A stretch of DNA of 63,596 nt, the filler included, from Collodictyon triciliatum (lineage: Eukaryota), in NCBI GenBank assembly GCA_043381765.1. It is 4 parts of 4 records of this genome, joined end to end, with 100 filler letters (N's around TTAATTAATTAA, not from the genome) between each part and the next. Parts side by side here need not be neighbours in the genome. Positions count along the whole stretch, not along the records: positions 16,743 to 33,372 come from JBHJMP010001530.1; positions 33,473 to 50,095 come from JBHJMP010001533.1; 2 more parts are not named here. One strand, given 5' to 3'. The stretch's first letter is position 1. Every line of letters begins with the position of its first letter. The translations under genes were made by a program, and so were the position numbers. The notes beneath the pieces were generated by a model. The model ran no database searches. It saw nothing but the letters and a program-made list of their open reading frames with translations, and was not told the DNA's origin. Positions 23,961 to 45,990 of the stretch are shown here, piece after piece.

Positions 23961-26900
23961 ATGGCTCTGAAAATCTGGGCGCTGGTTCTTGTGGCGGTGC
24001 TCGCATGCCGACTTGCAGCCTCCGTGCCGCTTTCATTTGTGGACCCAGCAAAGCCGGACGTTGCGAGTCTGGAGCAGCTTGCTTCGCTCTTTGCCTCCGA
24101 TCGCGTGAATGCCTGGTTCGCCGGTGCCGCAGCAAACACGATCATCCCGCCTGTCAACGGACGCACAGACTACGTCGTCCTAGTCAGCGAGTTTGACGCA
24201 GAGAGTCCGGGCACGTTTGTGCGTCGCTTCGATCAGGGCCGCATTCCCGTCGGAAACGGCGCCTCCGAGGTAGGTTTGGGCTGTGACAGCAGAATGCCTC
24301 TGTTTCTCTCCCTTTTTTCTTCTTCTTTTATCATACTTGCTCTATAAACCCTGCTTGGTTAGTATCATCCTTATATCTATCCTTAACTTTAACTCTAACT
24401 CTAACTTTATCCTTAACTTTAACTTTATCTCTCCCTCAATCCAAATCAAATCGAATGAAAGCGAAGAGAGGATATTTCAAGACCAGAATGATACCTTCTT
24501 TTTTTTAATTGATTGGGTATTGGGCCGAGTAATGCATTTGTGTTCTGTAGTCTCATTGGGTCCGTGATTATCTGCGGACGTACGTGATGGCCCTGCGCGG
24601 GGCGAATGGCAAGATATTCCTAACTGTGTCTGCGGATGTATACATGCTCTTTTCGCCAGATTTGCAGGACTTTTACAGTGGTTTGAAGGCTCGGCTTCCT
24701 GCTGAAATATACGACCAACTCAGCGTCTTTGTCTCGGCGACACACAATCATGAAGTTTGCCCTATACTCGACATGACTATTCTTTTGCAGCATGCCTATT
24801 TCAATAATGCAATATGAGTTTTTTTTTTCTTGGTTTATTTATTATATCCAGAAATTGTGATGAATCAACCATAAATGTATTGAAATATTTACTTCATCAC
24901 AATGAAATTTATTTTTTTCTTCATAAAAATAACGCCATGAAATCATTTGAGATGGAGACTCAACATCAAAGGCGAATATGTACATATATTCTCATACATC
25001 TTTTCAGGGCCCTGATACATCTGGACTTTCTGGAATCAACCGTTCATGGTATGCGTACTTCCTCGACACCATGACAAGAACAGCCATTCAGGCAATCGAG
25101 AACATGGAACCTGTCGATATCACGATTGCCGATGCTGACTGGATGTTTGGCTTGGGTGATGGCCGTGATCCGCGTGTTGTTGATCCCAAACTCAATGTTC
25201 TGCAAGCCCGCTCAGTATCCGACCGGAATCGCGTTGTGGGAACCTTTGTACAATGGTCTATGGTAAGTTGATCGGTGGTTCATGTTCTCTGTCTCTCATC
25301 CTTTCTCTCCTCTAATTGCTACGGTTCTTTCTCTCTCAATCCTCCTCTTTATTATAAATGTTTTTCTTCTACCAATTTTTCATTGATTACAAAAATATAC
25401 CCGATAGCAACTCTACTCATGAATTCCTTTAACTAATGAGCCGCACATCAAAAAATTAATTAATTACTTAATTAAAACCATTTTACCGTTCGTCCATTTA
25501 TTTTTTTATCCTAGCACCCTGAGGTAAGACTTTTCATTCAAATATATTGTCCAAATACAACGTATTATGAACCTTCGCTACCTAATTCATGTAAATGAAC
25601 AATCTCTAATCTCGGCAGTGATGAGAATAGCGCATCCTATCATATTACACCAATTATAGTCAACCAATCGGCTTCGTAATTGTGGTATTTTATTCACAGG
25701 TCACCCTCGGCTATGGACCTAAAGTTCCGGATGCAGACTGCATTGCCTTGGGCGAGCCTGTTGGATGCAGTGCAAACGGGAAATATTTGACAGCTGATTT
25801 CCCTGGATACTTGTACGAATATCTTAGTTCCCTTACAAATCGTGCGCCTGTCATCTATGTGAACGGCCCGATAGGAGCTCAGGTTGGCCCACGTGGACCT
25901 GTTTGGGAGGTGTCGGATCGATACCCCATTATCGGTAATATAATTGTTGGAATTATAAATCCATGCGTGCTCAAAGACGGATATTGAATTTATTCTTAAC
26001 TGTTATTTTTTATATTAAATTTATATGAGCCAAAAACTTTTTGTGAGTTTTAAAAGCTTTGTGAGCTTTGTGAGCTTTGTGAGCTTTGTGAGCTTTGTGA
26101 GATTTGTGAGATTACATAAGATTACATATATATATATATATGCAACCAACAAGTATCGTTGTTTAGGTGATGGCTCACAGGTTCCCGATGGTGCCACCCT
26201 CGTTCCTCGAAACTTCCGCAAAGCCCTTCTCATTGGTCGCGAACTCGCTTATGCCGTGGTCCGAACTCTTCAGGTTGGAAGTCTGATGCTAAAATTAGCC
26301 TGTTGTTGAAGCGAAATATTGCCGACATCTTGACTCAGTTTTTTTTTCTTCAAACAAAGAAAAAGAAAAGAAAATATATTGTAATAAAACTGAACACATT
26401 CATATTTTATGGGGTATTTTATTTTCATTTCTTCTCCAATCATTTCATCCATTTCCACATATAAATCCACAGACACCACGAGCACAAAAGATTCCCTTTG
26501 GAGAAATTCATGTCAAATCAGCAGAATCCTTCACTTATTTGACAAACCTTCTCTTCCGCGCAGGTTTTTGAATTGATATATCGAACAATTAACAAACTGA
26601 AAAAAAATAATCTGACAATTAATTAGCCATTCATCATTTTAAAATATGGCTTTATTATACAAATATCCATCCGCAGGAATGTCCCCCGGCATCCGTGACC
26701 CAACCGAACCCATTCTTATTGGATACAAGCTTCGAGATCTGTACAACTGCCAGGTTAGTGAAGAAGAATTTACTTTGTTAATTTTTACCTTAAGTATACA
26801 TGTAAAGCCTGAGTCGCAAGTTATCTGCCATGGTCATAGAAAAACCATTCGATTTGATGATGTGATTTGTTAAATTGTACGTGCCCTGTCGAAACTCCTA

Positions 26901-29034
26901 TAGAAAGGAGTGGCTCCAACGCCTGAAACATGCGTCCATGATGGATTTGAGACCGTCTCCTTCCCCAACTACGACCTCCCAGTCCGCAAAGGTTTGTGTA
27001 ACATGCCTTAGCTGCTTATTATTATTTTTTTTTTATTATGAGATTGTCTCCAAGTTGTCGAAAACCAAAACATAAAAAACATAAAAAAACAACATAAAAA
27101 AACAACATAAAAAAACAACATAAAAAAACAACATAAAAAAACAACATAAAAAAACAACATAAAAAAACAACATAAAAAAACAACATAAAAAAACAACATA
27201 AAAAAACAACATAAAAAAACAACATAAAAAAACAACATAAAAAACAACAAAAAAAACAACATAAAAAAACAACATAAAAAAAAACAACATAAAAAAACAA
27301 CATAAAAAAACAACATAAAAAAACAACATAAAAAAACAACATAAAAAAACAACATAAAAAAACAACATAAAAAAACAACATAAAAAAACAACAAAAAAAA
27401 CAACATAAAAAAACAACATAAAAAACAACATAAAAAAACAACATAAAAAAACAACATAAAAAACATAAAAAAACATAGAAAAACATAAAAAAACATAAAA
27501 AACATAAAAAAATGACGCTAGCAGATGTCTTCGAAGTCCTGCCCAATGAACATCACTTTTTTTTTTCACATAGGCGATTATGCAAAAATTCGCATCGATG
27601 TTGTGAGCATCGGGCCAGCAACGTTCTTCTCAATCCCCGGAGAGGTGTGCTAAGTTTCCTTCCTCCGTCATGTCCATTTGCATTTAATCCACCACCATTA
27701 CATCGTGTGCGTGTGGTGTGCTTATCTGGCGCGACTCCTAGTTGGCTCCTGAAGTTGTGAACGGCCTCCCCGCAGACTTCGATGACGCCTCATCTGTCCC
27801 CAAATACTATAATAACCCCACAGAACACGCCATAGGAACAAACTACACGATTCCGGGTCAGTTGTCTCCCACACACATTCATATATGACTTAGTGCTTGT
27901 TGCATCGTTTGCGCATGTGAAAATAACAATACTTTTTTTTCCTTTATTCGATTCAAAGACAAAATAACAATACTTAATTGCTGGATCGAGTGAGAATTAG
28001 TCAAATCGCTGATGTGTGAATCGGATGATGAACGAAAATGTAATACAAGACCTAAATCATCAATTGATATATATTCAAACAAAAGGTGTGATGAAGGAGA
28101 TGCTGTCGTGTGACTATTGCGTTCCCATGGGCCTTACCCAGGACGAGGGTATTATGTTATATTCTGATTTCCACTTTTTGCTTGTTTTACACCTTTATTA
28201 TTATTATTATTATTATTATTGGGAGGCACCTTCAAATGCGTGATGATGTATTCACAAAGACCCCTCGTCTAGGCGGATATATTGTACCCATTAGTGATTG
28301 GTGGATTAGCTGTTTCGGTTCCACTGCTTGCCGTCCCGAAGGCTTCATCACCGGTGCCTACTAGCATTAACAATTAATTTTTTTTTTTTATTCATTTGTA
28401 GAACATTAACTGAAATTATAAGTTACTAAAAATACAATATAATTGATAACAACCACACAACTTGCAAGCAACAACGAAGGATGCATTTTTCTTTCCTGAT
28501 TCGTTATTTGTCACAAAAATGAAAGAAAGAAGAAAAAAGAAGTAAAGTGGAGGATAGAAAAACGGACATTACATTCTCATCAAAACAACATTGTCTCAAC
28601 ACAGGGGAAGAGTGCAAGTATATCATCGAAAACGACATCGAGGAGGGTTACTACGCGTGCCTGACAGGTTTGTCCTCCCCCACCCACAGAAGCGCTGCAT
28701 TCAAGCAACTTTGCAATAATATTCTATTCCAAACACTTCACTTGGTGTCTGCACGCGATACGAAGCCTTGCAGAAGCATAAAACGCGGATACAAACGCCC
28801 CCTACGCGGACATGTAATCCGTTCGGGTAGACACCAAAACACACTGTGCTGCATCAACACTCACTCGCTTTGTGAATGCATCGAGCAGGGCAGGTTTCGC
28901 AATACAGCACGCACTACGAGGAAATCCTCTCCATGGGCTGGGACGGCGCAGCAGACTTGGTGAATCTGCTCGGGACAGTTCTCGGCGTCCCTGCGTCTGG
29001 GCGATACACAAAGAGCGACTGGACGCGTCCCTGA
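23961..29034 (+). CDS. Secreted neutral/alkaline ceramidase-like metallohydrolase, many exons
   Basis: Signal peptide MALKIWALVLVAVLA; motifs AGAA..IIPP, D.LR..VMAL, SATHNHEGPDT, DPKLNVL, QWSMHPE, TADFPGY, NGPIG, LLIPGE, MGLTQDE.GYIVP, HYEEILSMG; ends DWTRP* at 29034. Confidence 0.75.
26038..26110 (+). repeat. (GAGCTTTGT)n intronic repeat
   Basis: Direct reading. Confidence 0.9.
27065..27512 (+). repeat. (AAAAAACAACAT)n intronic minisatellite, ~450 bp
   Basis: Direct reading. Confidence 0.96.
27935..27960 (-). mobile_element. Micro-retroposon copy, short class, 15-bp perfect TSD
   Basis: AAAATAACAATACTT (27920-27934) + TTTTTTCCTTTATTCGATTCAAAGAC + AAAATAACAATACTT (27961-27975). Confidence 0.85.
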
Positions 29035-29670
29035 AGGCTTCCTCGTGGATGAAGACCCTGCCTGCTTGGGACGGGCGGTTCCGGCGCTCTTCTCTGCGCT
29101 GCTCTTGCCATAAAGAGAAAAAAAGAGAGAATTAAAGAAAGAATTTAAGAAAAATACAAAAAAGAAAGAAAGAATTGAAGAAAAATACAACAAATAAAAA
29201 AGAAAAGAAAGAATTAATTAAAGAAATAAAGAAAAAGTAAAGAAAAAGAGGGAAAAGGTAGGAAAAATATAGGGGATTTATTCAGATAATATTTCACGAA
29301 TACCTTGGTTGTGTGCGCGCAGTTCTCTGAGGTCTTAGTGTGCGTAATTGGTTAATCTAACTGTGTTTATATGTTTGTTCTTCCATGCAGGGGAGAATTT
29401 CAAATGGCACGAAGCAATTAATTATGTCAATACCAAAAATATGACTCTAGTCTAATTACTTATTTATTTTTGACAGCTCATCAGTTTGGATTGTAGAAAG
29501 TTTATTCTTAATTGAATTTTTTTTTAAGTGGCATACGGCAGATATGATTTGGATTTTGCCGTAGATTAGTGGACTTATGCTTTGAAGCGGATGTAATTCT
29601 TTTCTTCTTCTTTTCTTCTTACTGCTTCGTGTTGTCTTCTTTTTGTGCGTGCATCACGCCTGTGTTTGTG

Positions 29671-32600
29671 TTACTCAGTTGCGCTGTGGTGGCGGAACGG
29701 ATTCTCGGCAGAAGACGGGTCGTGTGTTCCGTAATCTCCAGCGAACGTGTCGTATGTCGCTGTGGCCGGTCGCGTGGGTGTGCTTTCCGAGGCTGCGGGC
29801 GCGGCTGCGTGCCTTTGACAGGTGACCAGGCCAACAGTGTATTTCCAGCCGTCCTGTTGGTGGGTTGTTGCGCGTGCGGGTCAATCAAGCGAGATAAAAA
29901 CAATTCGGAAAAAAAAAAAAAAAAGAAAGAAAGATAAGAAAAAGAAAACAAGTGTTCGAGAAAAGGCAAGACCTTGACGTATTGAATGCAAATGCGCCAG
30001 AAGGCAATATTTGGAATGGCTTCAACACCACGGAGGCCGTTCTTAAAGTAATTGTAGGCAAGACCACCAGCGAGATAAACTGTTCCTCCGACAAAGAATC
30101 TATAGAAAGCAAAATGAAAAGAAAGTATCGGTTGCGATTAAAGAATTGCTTCGAGAACTTGGTGATAACTATAGCAAAATAAAATAAAATAAAATAAAAA
30201 AGCCTGCCAAAATTATTAAATTACTACTAGAACTGAGGCATTTGCAAGAAATAATTCAAACATAATAAGCTTACATGATGAGGAAGATACTACCCCCAGT
30301 AATATCTGATTCCTCGTCATCAGATTCATCGCCGCAACACAAGAAGAACTGGTGAGTGATTTTACCTGATTCATAAGCATTTATCGTTATTATTATTATT
30401 TGGAACTGTCCACAAGATAAGCCTTCGTAGTTCCAAATAGAGAACACTCATTACTATATAGATCAAATTCAATCGAAGTGTGTATTTGAATCCTCCAGAG
30501 AAAACATATTCAATTATTTACTTGTGTCAGGATATCCAAGGACGTAGTTAAGTTGAAACTGCACCGTGGCACCCGCTACGCTCAATATTTAATAATTACT
30601 ATTGTTTTTTTTCTCACACAAAGACAATATTGTTGCTAAGAATATACGAACAATTTGATGATATCTGAATGAAAAATAAGGAAAAGAATTAGAAAGAATA
30701 GCAGAAAAATGGAAGAGAAAGTATGATATTTTTCAATAATCATGTATGGATACCATCTACTGTGACAGCAAAATACTCCAGCGGCGTACCGGCCGTCGTT
30801 GTTATTGATGTCCACGGTTGGCCCTCTACAAAGGTAAACAAAGGAAATAAAATACAAGTGAATATCATTACTGGTAATATTGAAGTCAATGGCGTCAAGA
30901 AATAAGGAAAGACAAAAGTATTGAGAAAGCGCCATAAACTATCCATACAAAAGAAAAAATCACTGATGAAATACACTAAACAAGCAGATTCTTTTCATGC
31001 CTTGGGCATACACGACGATTGCAGCGTCGGGTGTGGTCATAGTAAAAGAAACGGTTTGTGCCTTCGATTCTCTATTTGAAATATACCCCGAAATGCTGTA
31101 GATAACACCTAGGTTGTTGAGGGCCGCTGATCGAGAAAGTGTTTTTTTTTTTTTAAAGATATATATATATATTCAATTTTGCAGTGAAATCAACGAAAAT
31201 AGTCAAACTTTACAGACGAGGCTCACGCCGATTCCATTTTTTTTTTTTTTTGGAAATTGCAATAAAGAATGAAAATGATGAATTACGATAGGAGCGAGAA
31301 ATCGAAAATGTCTTTTTCGGGTCAATTTGTTCTTCGATGTACAAAACATTTTGGATGTCAGAAAGGACAGATTCTGAATCTGTGATGGGAGATGCATTTG
31401 TTATCAACCTAGATAGCAGAGAATAAAAAAAACTCAGTAATTTGATAAAGTTGATAACCAGTGAATCTCACTTGATTTTTTTTATTTTTAGTTAGTGCAC
31501 TCCAGTTTCACCATAAAATCTTTTAATTTCAAAAAAAAATATAAGAGATACAATTATTAAACTTTGACGATGATTTATTCATCGCGTCGTCTGTGTGTAT
31601 AAACCTTGAACTCTTCTGTGGCTTGGAATATGCATTATTTTCCAAGTTGTAAGTTGGGTATTCAACCTGGATGGCGCCACTATCAATTTCTATAATGTCG
31701 ATGTTCAGGTTTGTCATCAGGACTTGAGTAGACGGACTAAATTTTAGAATGTTCATTTCAGCCTTTTTGTTCAATAGCTTAAGCTTAAAAATAATTCAAA
31801 ATATCTAAATTAAAAGAGTCTGAACGAAGGCAAAATAAAAGAACTGGTACCTGATTCCTTTATAATTTTTCGATTCATCCACATCCCGAGAATTTCGAGT
31901 ACTAAATGACATTGCTTTCTGGTGGAGCAGAGTATTACAATATGTGATTTGAACAAAAAGAATCGCTGGAATAGAGCGTCTAGAGAGAGATATTGTATGA
32001 CATTCGAAAGAATAGAAAATATCTGGGTGGGAATCGAGATCATTCATTACCAACTGATTAAAGTCGATATTATCAAAAATACGGAAAGCAAATGCCCTCA
32101 AACGAACAGTTCCATTAGTCACTTCGAAGTCACAAACACCTATATTTGCATATAGTATTTAAACTGAATCCTATTTGGACACAAGAAATTTCTAAGGAAT
32201 ACAAGAATAATCCTCTAGGTATGCACAGAAAAAAGAAAAAGAAAGATATTTGACGTAATACTTTCATTTTTCACATTTTAATCCCATAGAGATTGCTATA
32301 AATATCCGTATAACCACAGGATGGTACTTTGACCTGATTAACAGAAATATACATACCACTCAAGGACAATCCTTCTCCTGCGCTTCCAGACCCATCGCCA
32401 ACGTCCGTACGGACGAGATAAAATGTGGCTCCAGGTTGAATCACCTCAACCTTTGGAAGATTCTCGTACCTGATGTTTAAAGAAATAGATATAATGAAAA
32501 TCAATTAATAAAAAGAATCAAATAAGATTATCACTAAAAAGAGAAAATGAATGACTGAGAAGATGAATAAATGAATAAATGAATAATCCTTTGTGAATAG

Positions 32601-33010
32601 ATAGGGACCATATTTGATGGCAAAAGAACAAATATTCAAACAAAAGATAGAGGAAGGAGATAAATGAGAAAAGTAATAACTGTGCAAAGTGACGAGTCCA
32701 TGCAACCCCACCGTCTCGTTCAGTTGATAAACCGGGAGAATAATACGTAATGGAGATCGGAGAAGCTTGGTTGTTTGTTAAAGCGACCGCATAGTGGACA
32801 GTTGGATTGGCTGTGGCAGCAAACTATTCACAAGTTGAGAATTAGTGAAAAAGTATAAATGCATACGTGACCAGGAGGTAGAGAGCGCCATCAGAATGAT
32901 GATAGACGTATCCGATAAGTTCTTACGCAATTCTTGTGTGCATAAAAGAGTCGGAAACGGCCAGATAACTGCAAGTTGTCGTAGATTACGTTCTGTCCTC
33001 CTGAGCGGTA
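29671..33010 (-). CDS. Type I membrane protein with large lumenal domain and ATG27/mannose-6-phosphate-receptor-like TM and tail; 5' end lost in gap
   Basis: Spliced C-terminus GGSIFLII|FFVGGTVYLAGGLAYNYFKNGLRGVEAIPNIAFWRICIQYVK|DGWKYT..YDTF..NPF..SATE* matches the CD-MPR/ATG27 Y..GG..Y....G.RG.E.IPN..FW motif. Confidence 0.7.
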
Positions 33011-33039
33011 ATCATTGAATTGAATTAAGTTGAGCAACA

Positions 33040-33372
33040 ATAAACACAATAAAATACACAATAAAATACACAATAAAATACACAATAAAATACACAATAA
33101 AATACAATAAAAATACAATAAAAATACACAATAAAATACACAATAAAATACACAATAAAATACACAATAAAATACACAATAAAATACACAATAAAATACA
33201 CAATAAAATACACAATAAAATACACAATAAAATACACAATAAAATACACAATAAAAACACAATAAAAACACAATAAAAACACAATAAAATACACAATAAA
33301 ATACACAATAAAATACACAATAAAAACAATAAATTACACAATAAAATATACAATAAAAACAATAAATTACAC
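33040..33372 (+). repeat. (AATAAAATACAC)n minisatellite running into gap
   Basis: Direct reading. Confidence 0.95.
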
Positions 33373-33472
33373 NNNNNNNNNNNNNNNNNNNNNNNNNNNN
33401 NNNNNNNNNNNNNNNNTTAATTAATTAANNNNNNNNNNNNNNNNNNNNNNNNNNNNNNNNNNNNNNNNNNNN
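33373..33472. other. Artificial assembly spacer N44-TTAATTAATTAA-N44
   Basis: Direct reading. Confidence 0.97.
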
Positions 33473-33585
33473 TTTTTGTTTTTTGTTTTTTGTTTTTTGT
33501 TTTTTGTTTTTTGTTTTTTGTTTTTTGTTTTTTGTTTTTTGTTTTTTGTTTTTTGTTTTTTGTTTTTTTTGGGAAATAGGAATAC

Positions 33586-43289
<9,704 letters not shown>

Positions 43290-43420
43290 CGTACCACGTC
43301 CTAAAGTAATGAGAAATGTGGTATGTGCATCGAAGTAATCAAATTAAATTTATTGCGCATGCAAATGTGAATATCAAAGTATATACATGTAAATGGAGTG
43401 TATTAATAACATGAAGATAT

Positions 43421-43443
43421 TTTTTCCTTTATTCGATTCAAAG
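43421..43443 (-). mobile_element. Micro-retroposon copy, short class, 16-bp TSD (1 mismatch)
   Basis: AATAACATGAAGATAT (43405-43420) + TTTTTCCTTTATTCGATTCAAAG + AATAACATGAAGAGAT (43444-43459). Confidence 0.82.
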
Positions 43444-43564
43444 AATAACATGAAGAGATATTATTTGATATTTCCTTTCAATTTATAGATGCTGTGGGGG
43501 ATAGTGTGTCAGGATATCGTGCGATGAAAGATACAGATAATATATTTGATATATTCTGCTATGT

Positions 43565-43585
43565 TGAATCGAATAAAGGAAAAGT
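43565..43585 (+). mobile_element. Micro-retroposon copy, short class (21 bp), 16-bp perfect TSD
   Basis: ATATATTCTGCTATGT (43549-43564) + TGAATCGAATAAAGGAAAAGT + ATATATTCTGCTATGT (43586-43601). Confidence 0.85.
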
Positions 43586-44903
43586 ATATATTCTGCTATG
43601 TAAAGGGGGAAACGAGTTTGTGAACTATTCACCGGTCAAGAGATAAGCATCGCGGTCGTTTCTTGCTTCTTTTTTTTTTCAGAAATAAGAATGGGTGGAG
43701 GAAACTACATACTCATAGATGGAGATGGTGCGGGTGGAGGGAAATTGAAAGGCCCCATTCCTTCCTCTCCATCATCATCAGAGGATTCCTGGCGAATGGC
43801 AACAGTTTTCTGACCACGATTTCCAGGGTTTGGAGGCGGCATTCCCTGCTTCTAAAGCTTTCTGGATCTTTTCTCCTAAAAAGAAAAAAAACATTAAATT
43901 GTCCGCGTCTGAAGTAACCAAAATCCAAACGTCTTCTTTATACCCTGCTCTTTGCGTTTGAGCCGAACTGAATCTTGCACAAGCTGTTTAGTTGTTGTTT
44001 TTTGTTTTTTTTTGTCGCCTCTAGGGGTTCGTTTTGATTCAATAGACTCTTCTCGTCGGTCGGCGGTGGCAAATCTACGAAAGATTTGATTGAAGGGCGA
44101 AGAGTGAGTCTTTGGCAATTTTATTGAGACATGAGTAAGATTTTGACGAGAAGAGAGGGAATGGAAAAAGAAAGAGAAAGACACCCCATGGCTTCCTCTT
44201 TCTCTCTGCCGATTTCTAAGTCGCGGCAATTAAGCCCAACAACCACGTTTCTGATCGAGTTTCGATCACCCAGGATTAAAAAAAAGAGATTTGAAAAAAT
44301 AGCTCTATATGTGGAATGATGCTCTGGTGTCCGTTGATATTATTTCTGGAATTTAAATAATATATATTTTTTCAGCAAAGATAGTCAATTAGATGAATTA
44401 TTATAGATAGCAGTTAACAAAATATATATATTTGATGTATATGTAGTAGTTTGTGGAAGGTACGAGGGATAGCCAGGCTACTTGCCAGGTTAGTGCCTGT
44501 ATAAACTCACAAACTCTCACCGGGAGCCCACAGACGCATTAGGAAATTGCAAGCCCAAAGCACAACGGGATCTGCACCACACAGCGCACAAAAGCACAAT
44601 TTCCAAGTCATGCCCAAATTTAGACAATCTCAAGAGACACGTCGGTTTGGATCTTGCCCATATCAAGGGCGCCATGAACGTTGTGTCTTGCCATAGGCGC
44701 AGTATAAATGGTCACTCTATTGGCCTAGTTGCGCCTAATTGCCCCTTACCTTGCGTCCGACATGCGTGCGACTCTTTCGCTGGACTAACCATGTCATCAT
44801 CACTGCCAACCAAGCATCTTCAGCCGCAAGCAAAGCACAGCAAAGCACAGCACAGCACAGCACAGCAAAGCCGCCCAACCAGACGAGAAACAAACCCGAC
44901 GCC

Positions 44904-45146
44904 ATGGCCAAAGGAGACAAAGCAGCACCCAAAGCCTCGCCCGCAAAGGCCTCCACCCGCACAGACAAGTCCAAGGTCGTCAAGGCCGCGCCCCCGAAGA
45001 AGGCCTCATCGCCCTACAATCAGTTCATGGCCCGCGAGCTGCCCAAGTTCAAGGCCACCAACCCGGACGTCAACCACAAGGACGCCTTCAAGAGAGTCGC
45101 CGCCACCTGGGCCACCCACGCCGACAACCCAAAGAACCAGAAGTAA
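44904..45146 (+). CDS. Small basic YABBY-type HMG-box-like DNA-binding protein (80 aa), intronless
   Basis: K/A/P-rich N-terminus then SPYNQFMARELPKFKATNPDVNHKDAFKRVAATW, matching the YABBY/HMG helix motif S.YN.F.K.E..R.K..NP...H.EAF...A.NW. TATA-like TATAAA at ~44703. Confidence 0.8.
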   Translation: MAKGDKAAPKASPAKASTRTDKSKVVKAAPPKKASSPYNQFMARELPKFKATNPDVNHKDAFKRVAATWATHADNPKNQK

Positions 45147-45990
45147 GCTGCCTGCCGTCTGCAAGGGACACGCTCGAAGGGATCCATCTCTGCAAGCACA
45201 CGCATACATACCATAACCAGACACACGGGGCAGAGAAAGAGAGAGTCAGCTGCAGAGAGCAACACTCTAGTGCGGCTGCGTCTCCCGTGTGTTTCTAATC
45301 ATACTCCTCTGCACATGCGTACACATGCGCCACCTGCCATTATCTCTGCCAAGCCGACTCCCTTGCTCTGTGTAACAGAACCGAAACCTCCTTATCCTCT
45401 CTCGTCTGCTTCCGCCTCGTTCCATATTCTCTCCCTCCCAATGTGATCTTCCTCACTCAGACAGAATAAAGCCAACTCTAAAGCACAAACACACGCGCTA
45501 CCTTCTCGCCCCTTTGCAGCTGGTGCCCTGAACTCTGACTATGAGCCCGATCCACAATGCTGCTTCCGCCCTGATCCACGCAGTCCTTTCATTTCCCAGC
45601 CTCATTCATTGCCGAACCGGGATGGTGCACTGCTTCGACATCAAAAGTAGTGCGTTCTGGACTTTCAGCACCAGAATCCAAAACAAAAAGGCACGATTTG
45701 TGCTGAGCGGATTATCGCCACCTCAGGCCTTGCCTCTTCTGCGTCTTGCAGCCGGAGTCGTGTCAGTGGGAATGATGTTGAGCAGCAATCTAGTTTGTTG
45801 CAACCTGTTGCCTTTTCGTTCGATTGGGGCGCTTGTTTGTTTTTGTGCGCTCTTGTCCCAGGGGCGGGCGTGTTTCAGGGCCTTTTCTTGGGCCAAAAAG
45901 AAAGAGAAAACAAAGAGATGTTGGGATCAGCTTTCCCTCTCTCTCCTCCCCCCTTCCCTTTTGACAAAGTAACCAATGTAGGTCGTGGTG

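Noticed and set aside
43421-43585. MITE with terminal inverted repeats
   Set aside because: Each end has its own separate 16-bp TSD, so these are two independent insertions
45541-45972. 143-aa ORF upstream of the WBP2-like gene
   Set aside because: No recognisable features; more likely promoter or 5' UTR
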